A DNA stretch of 63,620 bases, the filler included, from Octopus bimaculoides (Eukaryota), in the NCBI RefSeq assembly GCF_001194135.2. It is 8 parts of 7 records of this genome, joined end to end, with 100 filler letters (N's around TTAATTAATTAA, not from the genome) between each part and the next. Parts side by side here need not be neighbours in the genome. Positions count along the whole stretch, not along the records: positions 16,546 to 28,344 come from NC_068987.1; positions 28,445 to 34,016 come from NW_026385483.1; positions 34,117 to 41,251 come from NC_068991.1; 5 more parts are not named here. The stretch is one strand, 5' to 3'. A program made the position numbers and the translations under genes. Numbering within the stretch: the stretch's first letter is position 1; each line of letters opens with the position of its first letter. Of the stretch, positions 26,640 to 39,545 are shown piece after piece. The notes below the pieces were generated by a model. The model was not told the DNA's origin. It worked only from the letters and a program-made list of their open reading frames with translations, and did not search any database.

Positions 26640-27200
26640 GTTTCCGGTTGGAGGTCGTTATATTGACCATGCCAGCAGCGGGGGTTCCACCTCGTCATTC
26701 TATAGAGGGTTGGTAGAGGCCAAGTGTGACAACGTTTTTCTAAGGGAAACCCTGGGCTTCAACGACGGTCAACTGGCCAGCCTGTTCCGGAGAACATTTG
26801 GGCTAGGGCATATGGACAATTTCCAAAAGTCCCTGGCATGGCAATGTTACCGAGGAGCCTTACCACTTGCCCTAGATGCGAGCAGAACAGTGAAACTGTT
26901 CACGCAATTGAGCAGTGTCTGAAGCTTTTGGAATTGTGGGTTTATGTCAAACAGCTGCTCTCACGCCTAGGAAGAGTACAACTGTCAACCAAGTCAATAA
27001 TGAAGATTGTTCCACATCCTTTCTGAACAGGGATGGGAAGGTCTGTTTTCTCAATGTAATGGCTGTGGCGAAAGAGGTGGTATGGGGGACACGAATGAAA
27101 GGAGTAGTGACAGGCGTCTCCATTTCCAGCCTTAGTTTGGTGAACTTTTTTATTTTCCATAAGATTGGAGAGGAGACCCTTGTCACTCAGTATATATGAG
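26640..27200 (+). mobile_element. Tx1/L1-clade LINE, 3' end (zf-RVT and CCHC knuckle), frameshifted
   Basis: WQCYRGALP and CPRCEQNSETVHAIEQC...LWVYV across three overlapping ORFs (26710-27199). Confidence 0.75.
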
Positions 27201-27559
27201 AAAAGATGAAAGAAAGTGGCAAGCATGTTGACAGTGAATGTGCCTGCTTGAGTGAGAACATAAGCCTCATAAAGGGATCTGTGGTGGAACATGGGGTCAC
27301 ACCTGTCCCTCACTCCGTCATTGTTATATCATCCCTTATTCATATATATCATCATAAATTTTTAATTAATGTATCAAAGGTTAATAAAGAACAAATTTGC
27401 AAAGTCTCTCACTCTCTATTTTAATGTTTTCATTTCAAGTTTTAATTCACTATTTACAAACAACTACAATAAATGGTTAATGTTGAAATTAAAAAAAAAA
27501 AAAAAGGGTGAATGTCTACAACTTGACCCAGAAACGAAAATCAGAAAAAAAAATAGTGC

Positions 27560-28344
<785 letters not shown>

Positions 28345-28444
28345 NNNNNNNNNNNNNNNNNNNNNNNNNNNNNNNNNNNNNNNNNNNNTTAATTAATTAA
28401 NNNNNNNNNNNNNNNNNNNNNNNNNNNNNNNNNNNNNNNNNNNN

Positions 28445-28572
28445 GCATCCAGCTGTAGAAACTCCACCAGATCAGATTGGAGCCTGGTGCAGCCTTCTGG
28501 CTTACCAGTCCTCCGTCAAATCGTCCAACCCATGCTAGCATGGAAAGCGGACGTTAAACGATGATGGTGATG
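28445..28572 (+). mobile_element. SINE 3' module C
   Basis: GCATCCAGCTGTAGAAAC...GCGGACGTTAAACGATGATG. Confidence 0.85.
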
Positions 28573-28576
28573 ATCT

Positions 28577-28608
<32 letters not shown>

Positions 28609-29000
28609 AATGCACGTGGTACATATATACCGAGCATTACAGTATATACAGGCGCACACACACACACAAACACACACACACACACACACACATAGCACAC
28701 CATAAACACTTGAGGAAGTGTGTCAATAGTGAGTCAATTATTTTGCTTGAAATAGAAATTAATACTTTCGGAATATTCCTCAAAACCACAAAGAACATGA
28801 CAGGAAATAATTTCAGTAACGGGTGTGCCTGACCAGAACTGACCACAAGCTAAACAACAAGAAGCCAACACTACAAAATGTACACATGCACACAAGCATG
28901 TGTGCCTGTGTATGCCACTAGTAATAAACATGCAGTCTGTAACCTAAGAATATATATATATATAGATACATAGATAGATAGATAGACAGATAGATAGATA

Positions 29001-29684
29001 CAGGGTACATTGAATAAACTGTTGTCTAAATTACGCCAAAATGGAAGTAACCCTGACGTCTCATTTTAATAAATATATTTACCAAAATTACATAAAACTA
29101 TCTTGAAATACTAAAGAGTAAATTTATTCAATAAAATCGTCATTGGCTTCAACCATGGCCTCCAGACGACTTCGGAATCTCCTGCAACGTTTCTGGACAG
29201 TCTCCTTGATTCAGTTGGTGAATGCTGCCATAATCCTTGCCTGCAGTTCATCTTTGGTGTTACAAGGACATTTGTTGGTCTCTCGCTCAACTGTGCCCCA
29301 TACATAATAATCAAGGGGGTTGCAGTCTGGGGAGTTAGGTGGCCAGATGTTAGGGGTGATGTGGTCGTAGAAGTTGTCTGACAGCCATGACTGGGTTCTC
29401 TTGCTTGCATGGCATGATGCAGAGACCTGTTGCCAGACGTAGGGTCTTCTAGTAGCCACCCTCTTGGCCCAGGGCAGCACTACCTCCTCCAGGCACTTGA
29501 TGTAAGCCTCCGTGTTGAGTCTGAGGCTGTGTGGGAAGATGAATGGAGGCATAACGTGGCCATCATTAGTGATCACTCCAAACACCATGATGTTGATTGG
29601 ATGTTTGATTTTTATCACTCTCGGCACATGTCCTCAGATTGACACTCAAACACTCTGAAATGTTCATATTGGAGCTTCCGATGT
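29001..29684 (-). mobile_element. Tc1/mariner DD37D (maT) transposon, 3' half
   Basis: ORF 29211-29627 has MVFGVI, YVWQQ(D>V)SASCH and WPPNSPDCNPLDY, with 37 residues between the second and third catalytic positions. TA|CAGGGT end at 28999-29006. Confidence 0.9.
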
Positions 29685-30230
29685 GACAGTAGGGTGTGAT
29701 TTGAGGAAGATTTGGTTGTTATTTCTACTAGATCTATCTACCATGTAGAGGTCTCCTTCATTGGCCCATACATACATACATAAGACAGAAAGGTATGATT
29801 TGAGGGAGATTTGGCTGTTATTTCTACCATCTCTAGCTACCATGTAGAGGTCTTCCCCATTGCTTTGTACTTACATCTGTATATACATAAGACAGTAGGG
29901 TGTCTTCTGAAGGATATTAGGCTGCTATTTCTTCCAGGTGTAGCAACCACAAGGTCTCTCCCTCCTTACCTCTTAGATAAGAAGATAGGGTTTTATTTCT
30001 ACTGGGTCTAGCTATCATGTTGACTCATACATGCTTATATCCAATCTGAGACAGTAGGATATAAGTAGGCTGCTATTTTTACCATTGTAGCAACAATTTA
30101 GAGGTTTCCCTCAATGAATCACACACGTAACAAGCAAAAAGGGTGTGATTGAATGAGATTTAGTTGCTATTTTTAACAAGACTTGCTACCATGTACAAGT
30201 CTTCTTCATTGGCTCATACATGTACAAGTA
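29685..30230. repeat. Degenerate tandem array, about 85-107-bp unit, 5-6 copies
   Basis: GACAG.AGGG.GTGATTTGAGG.AGATTTGG.TG.TATTTCTA recurs at 29685, 29784, 29891, about 29976, 30050 and 30136. Confidence 0.75.
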
Positions 30231-30264
30231 GTAACAAAAAGTCATGTTTAATAAAAAAAATAAC

Positions 30265-30427
30265 ACCGTATTTTAACATGTATAAGGAAACCCTTAATTT
30301 TTCGGGGCTTAAAATTTAGAAAAAGGGTTTTGTAAGGGATTATAATACTATCCATGTATAAAAATACCCATTTTTTAAAACCTAATTTTTGACAACAAAG
30401 GGTTCCTTATACACATTAAAATATGGT
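30265..30427. mobile_element. MITE with ACCGTATTTT termini
   Basis: 23-bp imperfect TIRs ACCGTATTTTAACATGTATAAGG / CCTTATACACATTAAAATATGGT. Confidence 0.7.
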
Positions 30428-30444
30428 ATTTACCTAGTTTTGAC

Positions 30445-30760
30445 ATCATCTCCTTGGAAATAGTCCCCTTGCGCAGTAATACATTGGTCCCAGCGTATTG
30501 TTTTAAATGAAAGAATGTGTACAAGGTGGTATCAAAAGAGTCCCTGACTAATTACGTTTAATAAGAAAACAACTTATTTACCTACGTTTTAATATTATCT
30601 CTTTGGAAATAGTCCCCTTGCGCAGTAATACATTGGTCCCCGCATTCTTGCCACTTTTGGAATCTGGCTTGGAAGTCGATTTCTGTGAGTCGAGGACCTT
30701 CTGTGATTCCCTCTGGATCTCGACAATGGTGTTAAAATGGCGAGCTTTATGCATACATAC
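30445..30760. mobile_element. Mariner-like remnant with internal duplication
   Basis: TACAAGGTGGTATCAAAA terminus-like sequence at about 30519. Segment GGAAATAGTCCCCTTGCGCAGTAATACATTGGTCCC occurs at about 30456 and 30606. Confidence 0.45.
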
Positions 30761-30794
30761 TCACATTTGTCACTGTATCAAATAAACACACACT

Positions 30795-31066
30795 GCCGAT
30801 GGACTGGCTCCTGTGCAGGTGGTACGTAAAATACACCATTTCGAGCGTGGCCGTTGCCAGTACCGCCTGACTGGCCCTCGTGCCGGTGGCATGTAAAAGC
30901 ACCCACTACACTCTCTGAGTGGTTGGTGTTAGGAAGGGCATCCAGTTATAGAAACTCTGCCAAATCAGATTGGAGCTTGGTGTAGCCATCTGGTTTCACC
31001 AGTCCTCAGTCAAATCGTCCAACCCATGCTAGCATGGAAAGCGGACGTTAAACGATGATGATGATG
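30795..31066 (+). mobile_element. SINE 3' module C
   Basis: GGACTGGCTCCTGTGCAGGTGG...AAAGCGGACGTTAAACGATGATGATGATG. Confidence 0.9.
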
Positions 31067-31691
31067 ATACACACATACATGAACGCACACACAAACACAC
31101 ACACACATATCTATACAGACATACCCACAGATATATACAGACATACNNNNNNNNNNNNNNNNNNNNNNNNNNNNNNNNNNNNNNNNNNNNNNNNNNNTAT
31201 ACACACACACATATATATACACACACACACATATATACACATACCCACATATATACATACACATATACACATATGATGATGATATACAGACGCATACATA
31301 CATATATTCATACACATACATACATAGACACACATAGTTACATACACACATATATACATACACACACACACACACACGTATACCCACATCCACACACATA
31401 CGCATGCATGCACATACACACATCCACTCACATCCACACACACATACACATACAAACTCACACACCTTGGTGTGTAGATACACGTGTGACTCATTAGGGA
31501 GAGACAGGAGTTTGAACTCACCACCTGACTCATTGGGCCCAACAAATAGCTACCGTCTGGGTAAGCGTGGGAAAAACTGTTGATACCAGGATGATGGTAA
31601 CTTGATACGATCTGCTAGAAATATCAGCTATATCTATCTCAAATAAGATTACATAACATCATACTGTTTATAAGAATGGAAAAAAAAAGGA

Positions 31692-32135
31692 AAGGATACA
31701 TTAGATGATGTAGTCCAAGGTGTACTATGTCAGGATGTAAGACAGTGTGGCCATGGTTGGAACTCTTTTGGTAATTGGTTTTCTAGATCAGGACTGACTC
31801 AGTTTTAAACAACAAGAAAGGACACATGAGATAATGTAGTCCTAGATACCCTATGTCTGAATAAAAGACAGGATGGTCACAGCTGGAACGTCTTTGATCA
31901 TTGGTCTGCTTGAATGAGGATGACCTGTGGCTAAACAACAAGAACAAGGAAGGACACATTAAAGAATGTAGTCCTAGATACACTATGTCAAGATAAAAGA
32001 CAGGATGGTCACAATGAGAACATCTGTGATCATAGGTCTGCTGGATCAGAACTGACCTGGGACTAAACAGCAACCAGAACAAGAAAGGACACATTAGATA
32101 ATGTAGTCCTAGATATACTATGTCTGAATAAACAT
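31692..32135. repeat. Tandem array, 126-135-bp unit, about 3.4 copies
   Basis: AAGGA(C/T)ACAT..GA.AATGTAGTCC at 31692, 31818, 31950 and 32085. Confidence 0.9.
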
Positions 32136-32536
32136 GATGTATGTATTTGTGTATGCATGCATGTATGTATGTGTGTATGTATGTATGTATGTATGCATAA
32201 TATATATGTATATATATGTATGTATGAATGTATGTATGCATGTATATATGTATGTATGTATGGCCACACACACACATACACACACACATATACATAGATA
32301 GAGAGATAGATAGATAAACTTACTTAGAAATGGATGAGTGGCATTCAATCATATAATAATATAAATAATATATACATATATGCATATATACATGCATATA
32401 TGTACATACTTACATATATATGTATATACATATGCATATATGGGTACAGGACGTCATAAAACGTAAACAACATGAAATACGAAAACATGGAATACAATCT
32501 TTTTTTGCTACTTCACATTTCGAGCAATTACGATAC

Positions 32537-32635
32537 CATCATCATCATCATCATCCTCCTCATTTGACGTCCGCTTTCCATGCTAGCATGGGTTGGACGA
32601 TTTGACTGAGGACTGGTGAAACCAGATGGCTACAC
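32537..32635 (-). mobile_element. SINE 3' module C, running into a gap
   Basis: (CAT)n...GTCCGCTTTCCATGCTAGCATGGGTTGGACG. Confidence 0.85.
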
Positions 32636-33741
32636 NNNNNNNNNNNNNNNNNNNNNNNNNNNNNNNNNNNNNNNNNNNNNNNNNNNNNNNNNNNNNNNNN
32701 NNNNNNNNNNNNNNNNNNNNNNNNNNNNNNNNNNNNNNNNNNNNNNNNNNNNNNNNNNNNNNNNNNNNNNNNNNNNNNNNNNNNNNNNNNNNNNNNNNNN
32801 NNNNNNNNNNNNNNNNNNNNNNNNNNNNNNNNNNNNNNNNNNNNNNNNNNNNNNNNNNNNNNNNNNNNNNNNNNNNNNNNNNNNNNNNNNNNNNNNNNNN
32901 NNNNNNNNNNNNNNNNNNNNNNNNNNNNNNNNNNNNNNNNNNNNNNNNNNNNNNNNNNNNNNNNNNNNNNNNNNNNNNNNNNNNNNNNNNNNNNNNNNNN
33001 NNNNNNNNNNNNNNNNNNNNNNNNNNNNNNNNNNNNNNNNNNNNNNNNNNNNNNNNNNNNNNNNNNNNNNNNNNNNNNNNNNNNNNNNNNNNNNNNNNNN
33101 NNNNNNNNNNNNNNNNNNNNNNNNNNNNNNNNNNNNNNNNNNNNNNNNNNNNNNNNNNNNNNNNNNNNNNNNNNNNNNNNNNNNNNNNNNNNNNNNNNNN
33201 NNNNNNNNNNNNNNNNNNNNNNNNNNNNNNNNNNNNNNNNNNNNNNNNNNNNNNNNNNNNNNNNNNNNNNNNNNNNNNNNNNNNNNNNNNNNNNNNNNNN
33301 NNNNNNNNNNNNNNNNNNNNNNNNNNNNNNNNNNNNNNNNNNNNNNNNNNNNNNNNNNNNNNNNNNNNNNNNNNNNNNNNNNNNNNNNNNNNNNNNNNNN
33401 NNNNNNNNNNNNNNNNNNNNNNNNNNNNNNNNNNNNNNNNNNNNNNNNNNNNNNNNNNNNNNNNNNNNNNNNNNNNNNNNNNNNNNNNNNNNNNNNNNNN
33501 NNNNNNNNNNNNNNNNNNNNNNNNNNNNNNNNNNNNNNNNNNNNNNNNNNNNNNNNNNNNNNNNNNNNNNNNNNNNNNNNNNNNNNNNNTATTACTTGTT
33601 TCAGTCATTTGGTGGGAAGAGGAGTTTCAGAAAATTCACATGAGTCAGTTTTGTTTTCTCATAACTTTGAGAAAATTGAATATTTTTTTAATGCAATTTT
33701 CCCACAAAAAAAACTTCAAATTGTATAGATGACAGATTGTA

Positions 33742-34016
33742 TAGGCGCAGGAGTGGCTGTGTGGTAAGTACCTTGCTTACCAACCACATGGTTTCCAGGT
33801 TCAGTCCCACTGCGTGGCACCTTGGGCCGACCAAAGCCTTGTGAGTGGATTTGGTAGACGGAAACTGAAAGAAGCCCATCGTATATATTGGCTCTTGTTC
33901 GGGTGGCACATAAAATACACCATTTTGAGCGTGGCCATTGCCAGTACCGCCTGACTGGCCTTCATGCCGGTGGCACATAAAAGCACCCACTACACTCTCA
34001 GAGTGGTTGGCGTTAG
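33742..34016 (+). mobile_element. SINE with family A head joined to the family C 3' module
   Basis: Head 33742-33885 followed by CACATAAAATACACCATTTTGAGCGTGGCC...GGTTGGCGTTAG. Confidence 0.85.
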
Positions 34017-34764
34017 NNNNNNNNNNNNNNNNNNNNNNNNNNNNNNNNNNNNNNNNNNNNTTAATTAATTAANNNNNNNNNNNNNNNNNNNNNNNNNNNN
34101 NNNNNNNNNNNNNNNNTATATATATATATATATATATATTAGGCTGTGCTAAATAGACTGATAGATATACATGTGTGTGTTTATATATATATATATATAT
34201 AATTCCCTGTGCGTGTGTATACATACACAAGCGGATATGTTACAAAATCATTTACACACAATTTAATGAGTAACCTTGAGATGGATGCAGTATATATACA
34301 TAACATATAATTATATTTGTCTATGTGTGAGCGGTTTTATAAATGCTTGGCCTTGAATATGACAAATTTTTGCGTGTGTGCTGAGAGTGTCATAGATGTG
34401 TACATAACACAAACACATACATATCTGTAAGTTTGTATGTAATATACATATATACATACATACATACGTACATATATATATACACATATATGTGTGTGTG
34501 TGTGTGTCCGACGAACGGTAAACTGGAACTCTGAGTAAAAATATTGCGAAGATTTTGCAGCCTTAATTTTGCTGCAAAATTATCGTAAAGTTGTCACTCA
34601 GAATTTCACGTCTTTTACTCGTCGGACAATTGTGATTGTCCGCCGAACGGAAACGTGAAACTTTGAGCAACAGTGCGATGATTTTTGCAGCTTTGAAAAA
34701 ATATATTGCTCTACCTTTTGTATTCGAGTACTGTGAAAAATGTGTAATGTGAATGCGATACAGA

Positions 34765-35100
34765 GTAAAGGGGTAAAGACCCCTTTTGGTTATGAATGAC
34801 GATGGTATTGCACCTGGAAAGTTCCCCCTTCGAGACACAAGTTTGGGTCAGATTATTTAGGGAAGACCAGCAGTTGTCCATGCATTGCATGTCACTGATG
34901 TTATCGAAAGAAAAGGCAAAGGGGCCGATACAGCTTGGCACCAGTGCCGTCTGAACACGTTTCTAAAGCTGAGTAAACTGGAGCAACGTGAAATAAAGTG
35001 TCTTGCTAAAGAACACAACACATATCCAGGTCCGGGAATCGAGCTCACTACTTCGTGGTTGTGAGCCCGATGCTCTAACCACTGCTCCATGCGCCTTCAC
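34765..35100 (-). mobile_element. tRNA-derived SINE family D; a diverged + copy lies at about 58985-59100
   Basis: Reverse complement GTGAAGGCGCATGG..CAGTGGTTAGAGCATCGGGCTCAC...TCGATTCCCGGACC, with a TTTACCCCTTTAC tail. Confidence 0.8.
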
Positions 35101-35464
35101 ATGCAATACAAAGAGCATAATAAAAGGAAATAACATAGCTGACTGTTAATGTTAGAGGGGATTTCAGTTCGAATATACCGACTCGCTCTGTAGATGGTTC
35201 CGGGTTCAGTTCTACTGCGTGACATCCATATATACATATATATACACACACACACATACACGTATATACGCAAAGACATATGCACCACCAATCNNNNNNN
35301 NNNNNNNNNNNNNNNNNNNNNNNNNNNNNNNNNNNNNNNNNNNNNNNNNNNNNNNNNNNNNNNNNNNNNNNNNNNNNNNNNNNNNNNNNNNNNNNNNNNN
35401 NNNNNNNNNNNNNNNNNNNNNNNNNNNNNNNNNNNNNNNNNNNNNNNNNNNNNNNNNNNNNNNN

Positions 35465-35496
<32 letters not shown>

Positions 35497-35639
35497 TACA
35501 TACATATATGTACATACGTAGTCGCACGCACACACATATGTAATATGTATGTACATGTGTATACACATACACATTTGCACGCTCGCATACACCTGCGTAC
35601 TCAGTCCTCTAATAGATACGGAATATCATCGACCCAGAT

Positions 35640-35810
35640 ACTCCACGCACAACATATTCTATCCATTCACTCCCTACCTCACCCATTACTCTTATAACCG
35701 TGCCCTTCAGAGGATATTGCAAATTTCTTAAGAATCCCTTGATAACCCTTTTCTGCCAAACCTCTCCCCGCTCTATTTCAACTCATTTCGTTAAGAAATT
35801 TCTTTCCCAT
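35640..35810 (+). mobile_element. Possible second Penelope-like fragment, opposite orientation
   Basis: LPYLTHYSYNRALQRIL loosely resembles the PLE linker (PxxxTYHP...L..IL). Contains stops. Confidence 0.35.
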
Positions 35811-35929
35811 AAGCGCTAATCTAACAAACAATCTTCCTTTGTTTCTTCTCTACCATCCCAGAAACTTCTGTTTCTCTTTAAGACTGTGCTCTTTGTATAT
35901 CTGTTCCTTATAAATTCTTCATAAAATAG

Positions 35930-36260
35930 AGGCTGGTTTACCAAAACAACACCAATGCTTTAAATCTATAATGGGTAGATTAGGTATGTATTTAACCCTA
36001 TTTTTGAAACCGCTCTTTGTTAATGCGTCATTATAATAAGGTGTTGCTTTATGAGCGGTCTCTTTATCAGCGGATTTTTTTAATATCTCGTATATATATT
36101 TGCTTGGAAAGTAACGCATATTGATACTAAAAGAATTACAGTGTGGAAGACACACATATTAGCCATTTTAGCACCGAATATTAAATGCTGAAATGATGTT
36201 AACAGTCTTTTAGGTTTTTTGGAATGGCTGATATATATGTCTTCCACGCTGTATTGTTTA
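35930..36260 (-). mobile_element. Penelope-like RT thumb/linker remnant
   Basis: KATPYYNDALTKSGFKNRVKY resembles the PLE motif A.P.YN.AL..SG(F/Y). Confidence 0.6.
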
Positions 36261-36497
36261 TGTTAGAAATTCTTCTACTAATACTGACCTATGATCGCAT
36301 AGGTCAATACAAATAACAACACTAGTGACTTTGGTTTGTTTATCTCCTGTGTATGATAGTTTACAGTTAACCTGTCACTATTTATTAATCTGTTGCTCGA
36401 TTCAACGCCATTCTTTGACCCACGAGTTTCCTCAGTTGTGCTCACTTTGAGAAAGGTATTCAAATCAGAATATCATTTACATTTTTATATTTTACCT

Positions 36498-36700
36498 TGT
36501 GCTTGTTTCAGTCATTGGACTCCGACCATGCTGGTGCACTGCATTGGGAGGTTTAGTCGAACAAAGCTACCCCAATACCTATTTTTACTTAATTCTCGTA
36601 CTTGTTATATCAGTCTCTATTATGTTACCATTATGTTACGGGAACCATTATGCTACAGGAAGCTACATAGACCAACAGCAGTTGTCAAGCGGTAGTATAA
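36498..36700 (-). mobile_element. SINE family A, 3' module
   Basis: CTTGTTTCAGTCATT..ACT.CG.CCATGCTGG, as in 59345-59390. Confidence 0.65.
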
Positions 36701-36707
36701 GACAAAT

Positions 36708-36780
<73 letters not shown>

Positions 36781-37849
36781 NNNNNNNNNNNNNNNNNNNN
36801 NNNNNNNNNNNNNNNNNNNNNNNNNNNNNNNNNNNNNNNNNNNNNNNNNNNNNNNNNNNNNNNNNNNNNNNNNNNNNNNNNNNNNNNNNNNNNNNNNNNN
36901 NNNNNNNNNNNNNNNNNNNNNNNNNNNNNNNNNNNNNNNNNNNNNNNNNNNNNNNNNNNNNNNNNNNNNNNNNNNNNNNNNNNNNNNNNNNNNNNNNNNN
37001 NNNNNNNNNNNNNNNNNNNNNNNNNNNNNNNNNNNNNNNNNNNNNNNNNNNNNNNNNNNNNNNNNNNNNNNNNNNNNNNNNNNNNNNNNNNNNNNNNNNN
37101 NNNNNNNNNNNNNNNNNNNNNNNNNNNNNNNNNNNNNNNNNNNNNNNNNNNNNNNNNNNNNNNNNNNNNNNNNNNNNNNNNNNNNNNNNNNNNNNNNNNN
37201 NNNNNNNNNNNNNNNNNNNNNNNNNNNNNNNNNNNNNNNNNNNNNNNNNNNNNNNNNNNNNNNNNNNNNNNNNNNNNNNNNNNNNNNNNNNNNNNNNNNN
37301 NNNNNNNNNNNNNNNNNNNNNNNNNNNCCTTCCTTCCTTCCTTCCTTCCTTCCTGTATTGGCCGATCTTCACAAAAATAGAAATGAAAAAAAAAAAAAAA
37401 ATTAAGCAACAAATAAGTGATGAAACAATTTCTAGAATGAATCATTCCCTTTAGGGAGGTCGTTATATTATTTAATGAACCTTGAATAAGGGTCGAGAAT
37501 AACATAAGTACTTGCATTGTATTGAAATTATTATTTATCTTGAACGAGGGGAATAAGGACGGAATGACAGGTCTGATCTGACCTTTAGTGATTTGTTGAG
37601 AGTGAAATAACAGTAGAAAGTTTGACGTGTGATGATGGATAAAAAATTATTTTCAATTGTCGATTGTAAATTCGTTATAGTCAGGAAAAGGCACTTGGTT
37701 TGGCGCTGAAGGCCAATCCGGGGGAATGCGGAGTGACTTAATTTACGCTTTGTGATCGTATCGTTTTGGAAAGGACGTGTATATATTCACGTGCACACAC
37801 TCGAGTGTGTGCATACACACAGACACACAGACAGACACACAGACAGACA

Positions 37850-37890
<41 letters not shown>

Positions 37891-38006
37891 TCACTCATAT
37901 GCATACATACAAACGAAACAATATAAATGCATATTCATAATGCATATGTACATACAAACACACAAACAAACGAGCGCGCGCACTGCCATGTTTATAAATA
38001 CACTCT

Positions 38007-38038
<32 letters not shown>

Positions 38039-38057
38039 TGTATGTATATATGTATGT

Positions 38058-38090
<33 letters not shown>

Positions 38091-38096
38091 TGTATG

Positions 38097-38168
<72 letters not shown>

Positions 38169-38172
<4 letters not shown>

Positions 38173-38312
38173 CGCAGGAGTGGCTGTGTGGTAAGTAGCT
38201 TGTTTACCAATCACATGGTTCCGGGTTCAGTCCCACTCCGTGGCACCTTGGGCAAGTGTCTTCTACTATAGCATATGACTGAAACAAGTAAAAGAGTAAA
38301 AGAGTAGTTCAA
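38169..38312 (+). mobile_element. SINE family A, internally deleted
   Basis: Intact head to CTTCTACTATAGC, joined directly to the ATGACTGAAACAAGTAAAAGAGTAAAAGAG tail. Confidence 0.8.
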
Positions 38313-38582
38313 AATGGCCACCCTTTGCTTTCACCATAACCCTTAATCTTTTTGTCAACTGAAGTACATGACTTATGTTTAAACAACAGGTAAATGTATA
38401 CACCATAGCTGGTATTTATATTACGAAACTATAACGAAAGCGTGGCATTCGAGGCGTAGATTACGTACAATATATAACGTATATAGTATAAATAAAGTTT
38501 ATTAGAACCTACTTTATATTTTTCACAGAAAATGAAGGGAAAAAAAGGCCGAAACAGATCAAGTCACAGGACGTGGGGAGTC

Positions 38583-38630
<48 letters not shown>

Positions 38631-38640
38631 NNNNNNNNNN

Positions 38641-38682
<42 letters not shown>

Positions 38683-39025
38683 GGAAATGACTTCTGCAGA
38701 AGACACCTCTGAAATTTTCAGCGCCGGCGTGAAAAGGGCTGGTCCATTGCGTTTCGCCATAATAGAAAATATATCGCTGAGACGTCAGTCACGTGATCTT
38801 TCTCATCAGTCATCAGCAGCAACGGAGACAGCCATGTCAGCAGGGAGGTTGTAGAGTGGAGCCATGCCTTGTTCAAGATAAATAACATTTTGGATGATTA
38901 TAATGTTATTATGTCTTATCAAAAGGAGACATTTTTTTTTATATATAGTTTTGTTTTTTTGTTATTTGCGTAACTTTTTGTTTTAGTAGCAATTTTATTT
39001 TGCATGCGTTGTGTTGATTTGTTGA

Positions 39026-39104
39026 AATATCATCATGATCATCATGATCATCATCATCATCGTTGCTCTCCTCCTCATTAACGTCATCATCATCATCATC
39101 ATCA

Positions 39105-39179
<75 letters not shown>

Positions 39180-39239
39180 ATAGCAGCAGCAGCAGCAGTT
39201 GTAGTAGTTAGCAGTTAGTAGTAGTAGAAGTAGTAGTAA

Positions 39240-39280
<41 letters not shown>

Positions 39281-39313
39281 ATAGCAGCAGCAGCAGTTGT
39301 AGTAGTTAGTAGT

Positions 39314-39365
<52 letters not shown>

Positions 39366-39378
39366 TGTTGTTGTTTTT
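39026..39378. repeat. Compound (CAT)n-(TAT)n-(TAG)n-(CAG)n tract with an internal block duplication
   Basis: Block AATAGCAGCAGCAGCAG..TTGTAGTAGTTAG occurs at about 39179 and 39280. Confidence 0.95.
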
Positions 39379-39495
39379 GTTTTAGAGCATGCGTCAAGGT
39401 TATTCAATCGCAGATAATGGTCTCGTAGTGTACATAAGTAATTATAACATACGCACACACACACACAGACACACACACACACGTATACATACAGC

Positions 39496-39545
<50 letters not shown>

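Noticed and set aside
29685-32135. CRISPR-like regular repeats
   Set aside because: Eukaryotic context, long degenerate units without unique spacers, no cas genes.
38530-38575. ATGAAGG...CCGAAACAGATCAAGTC as a hammerhead remnant
   Set aside because: CUG of the core is absent and there is no helix I; equally readable as sequence after a splice acceptor.
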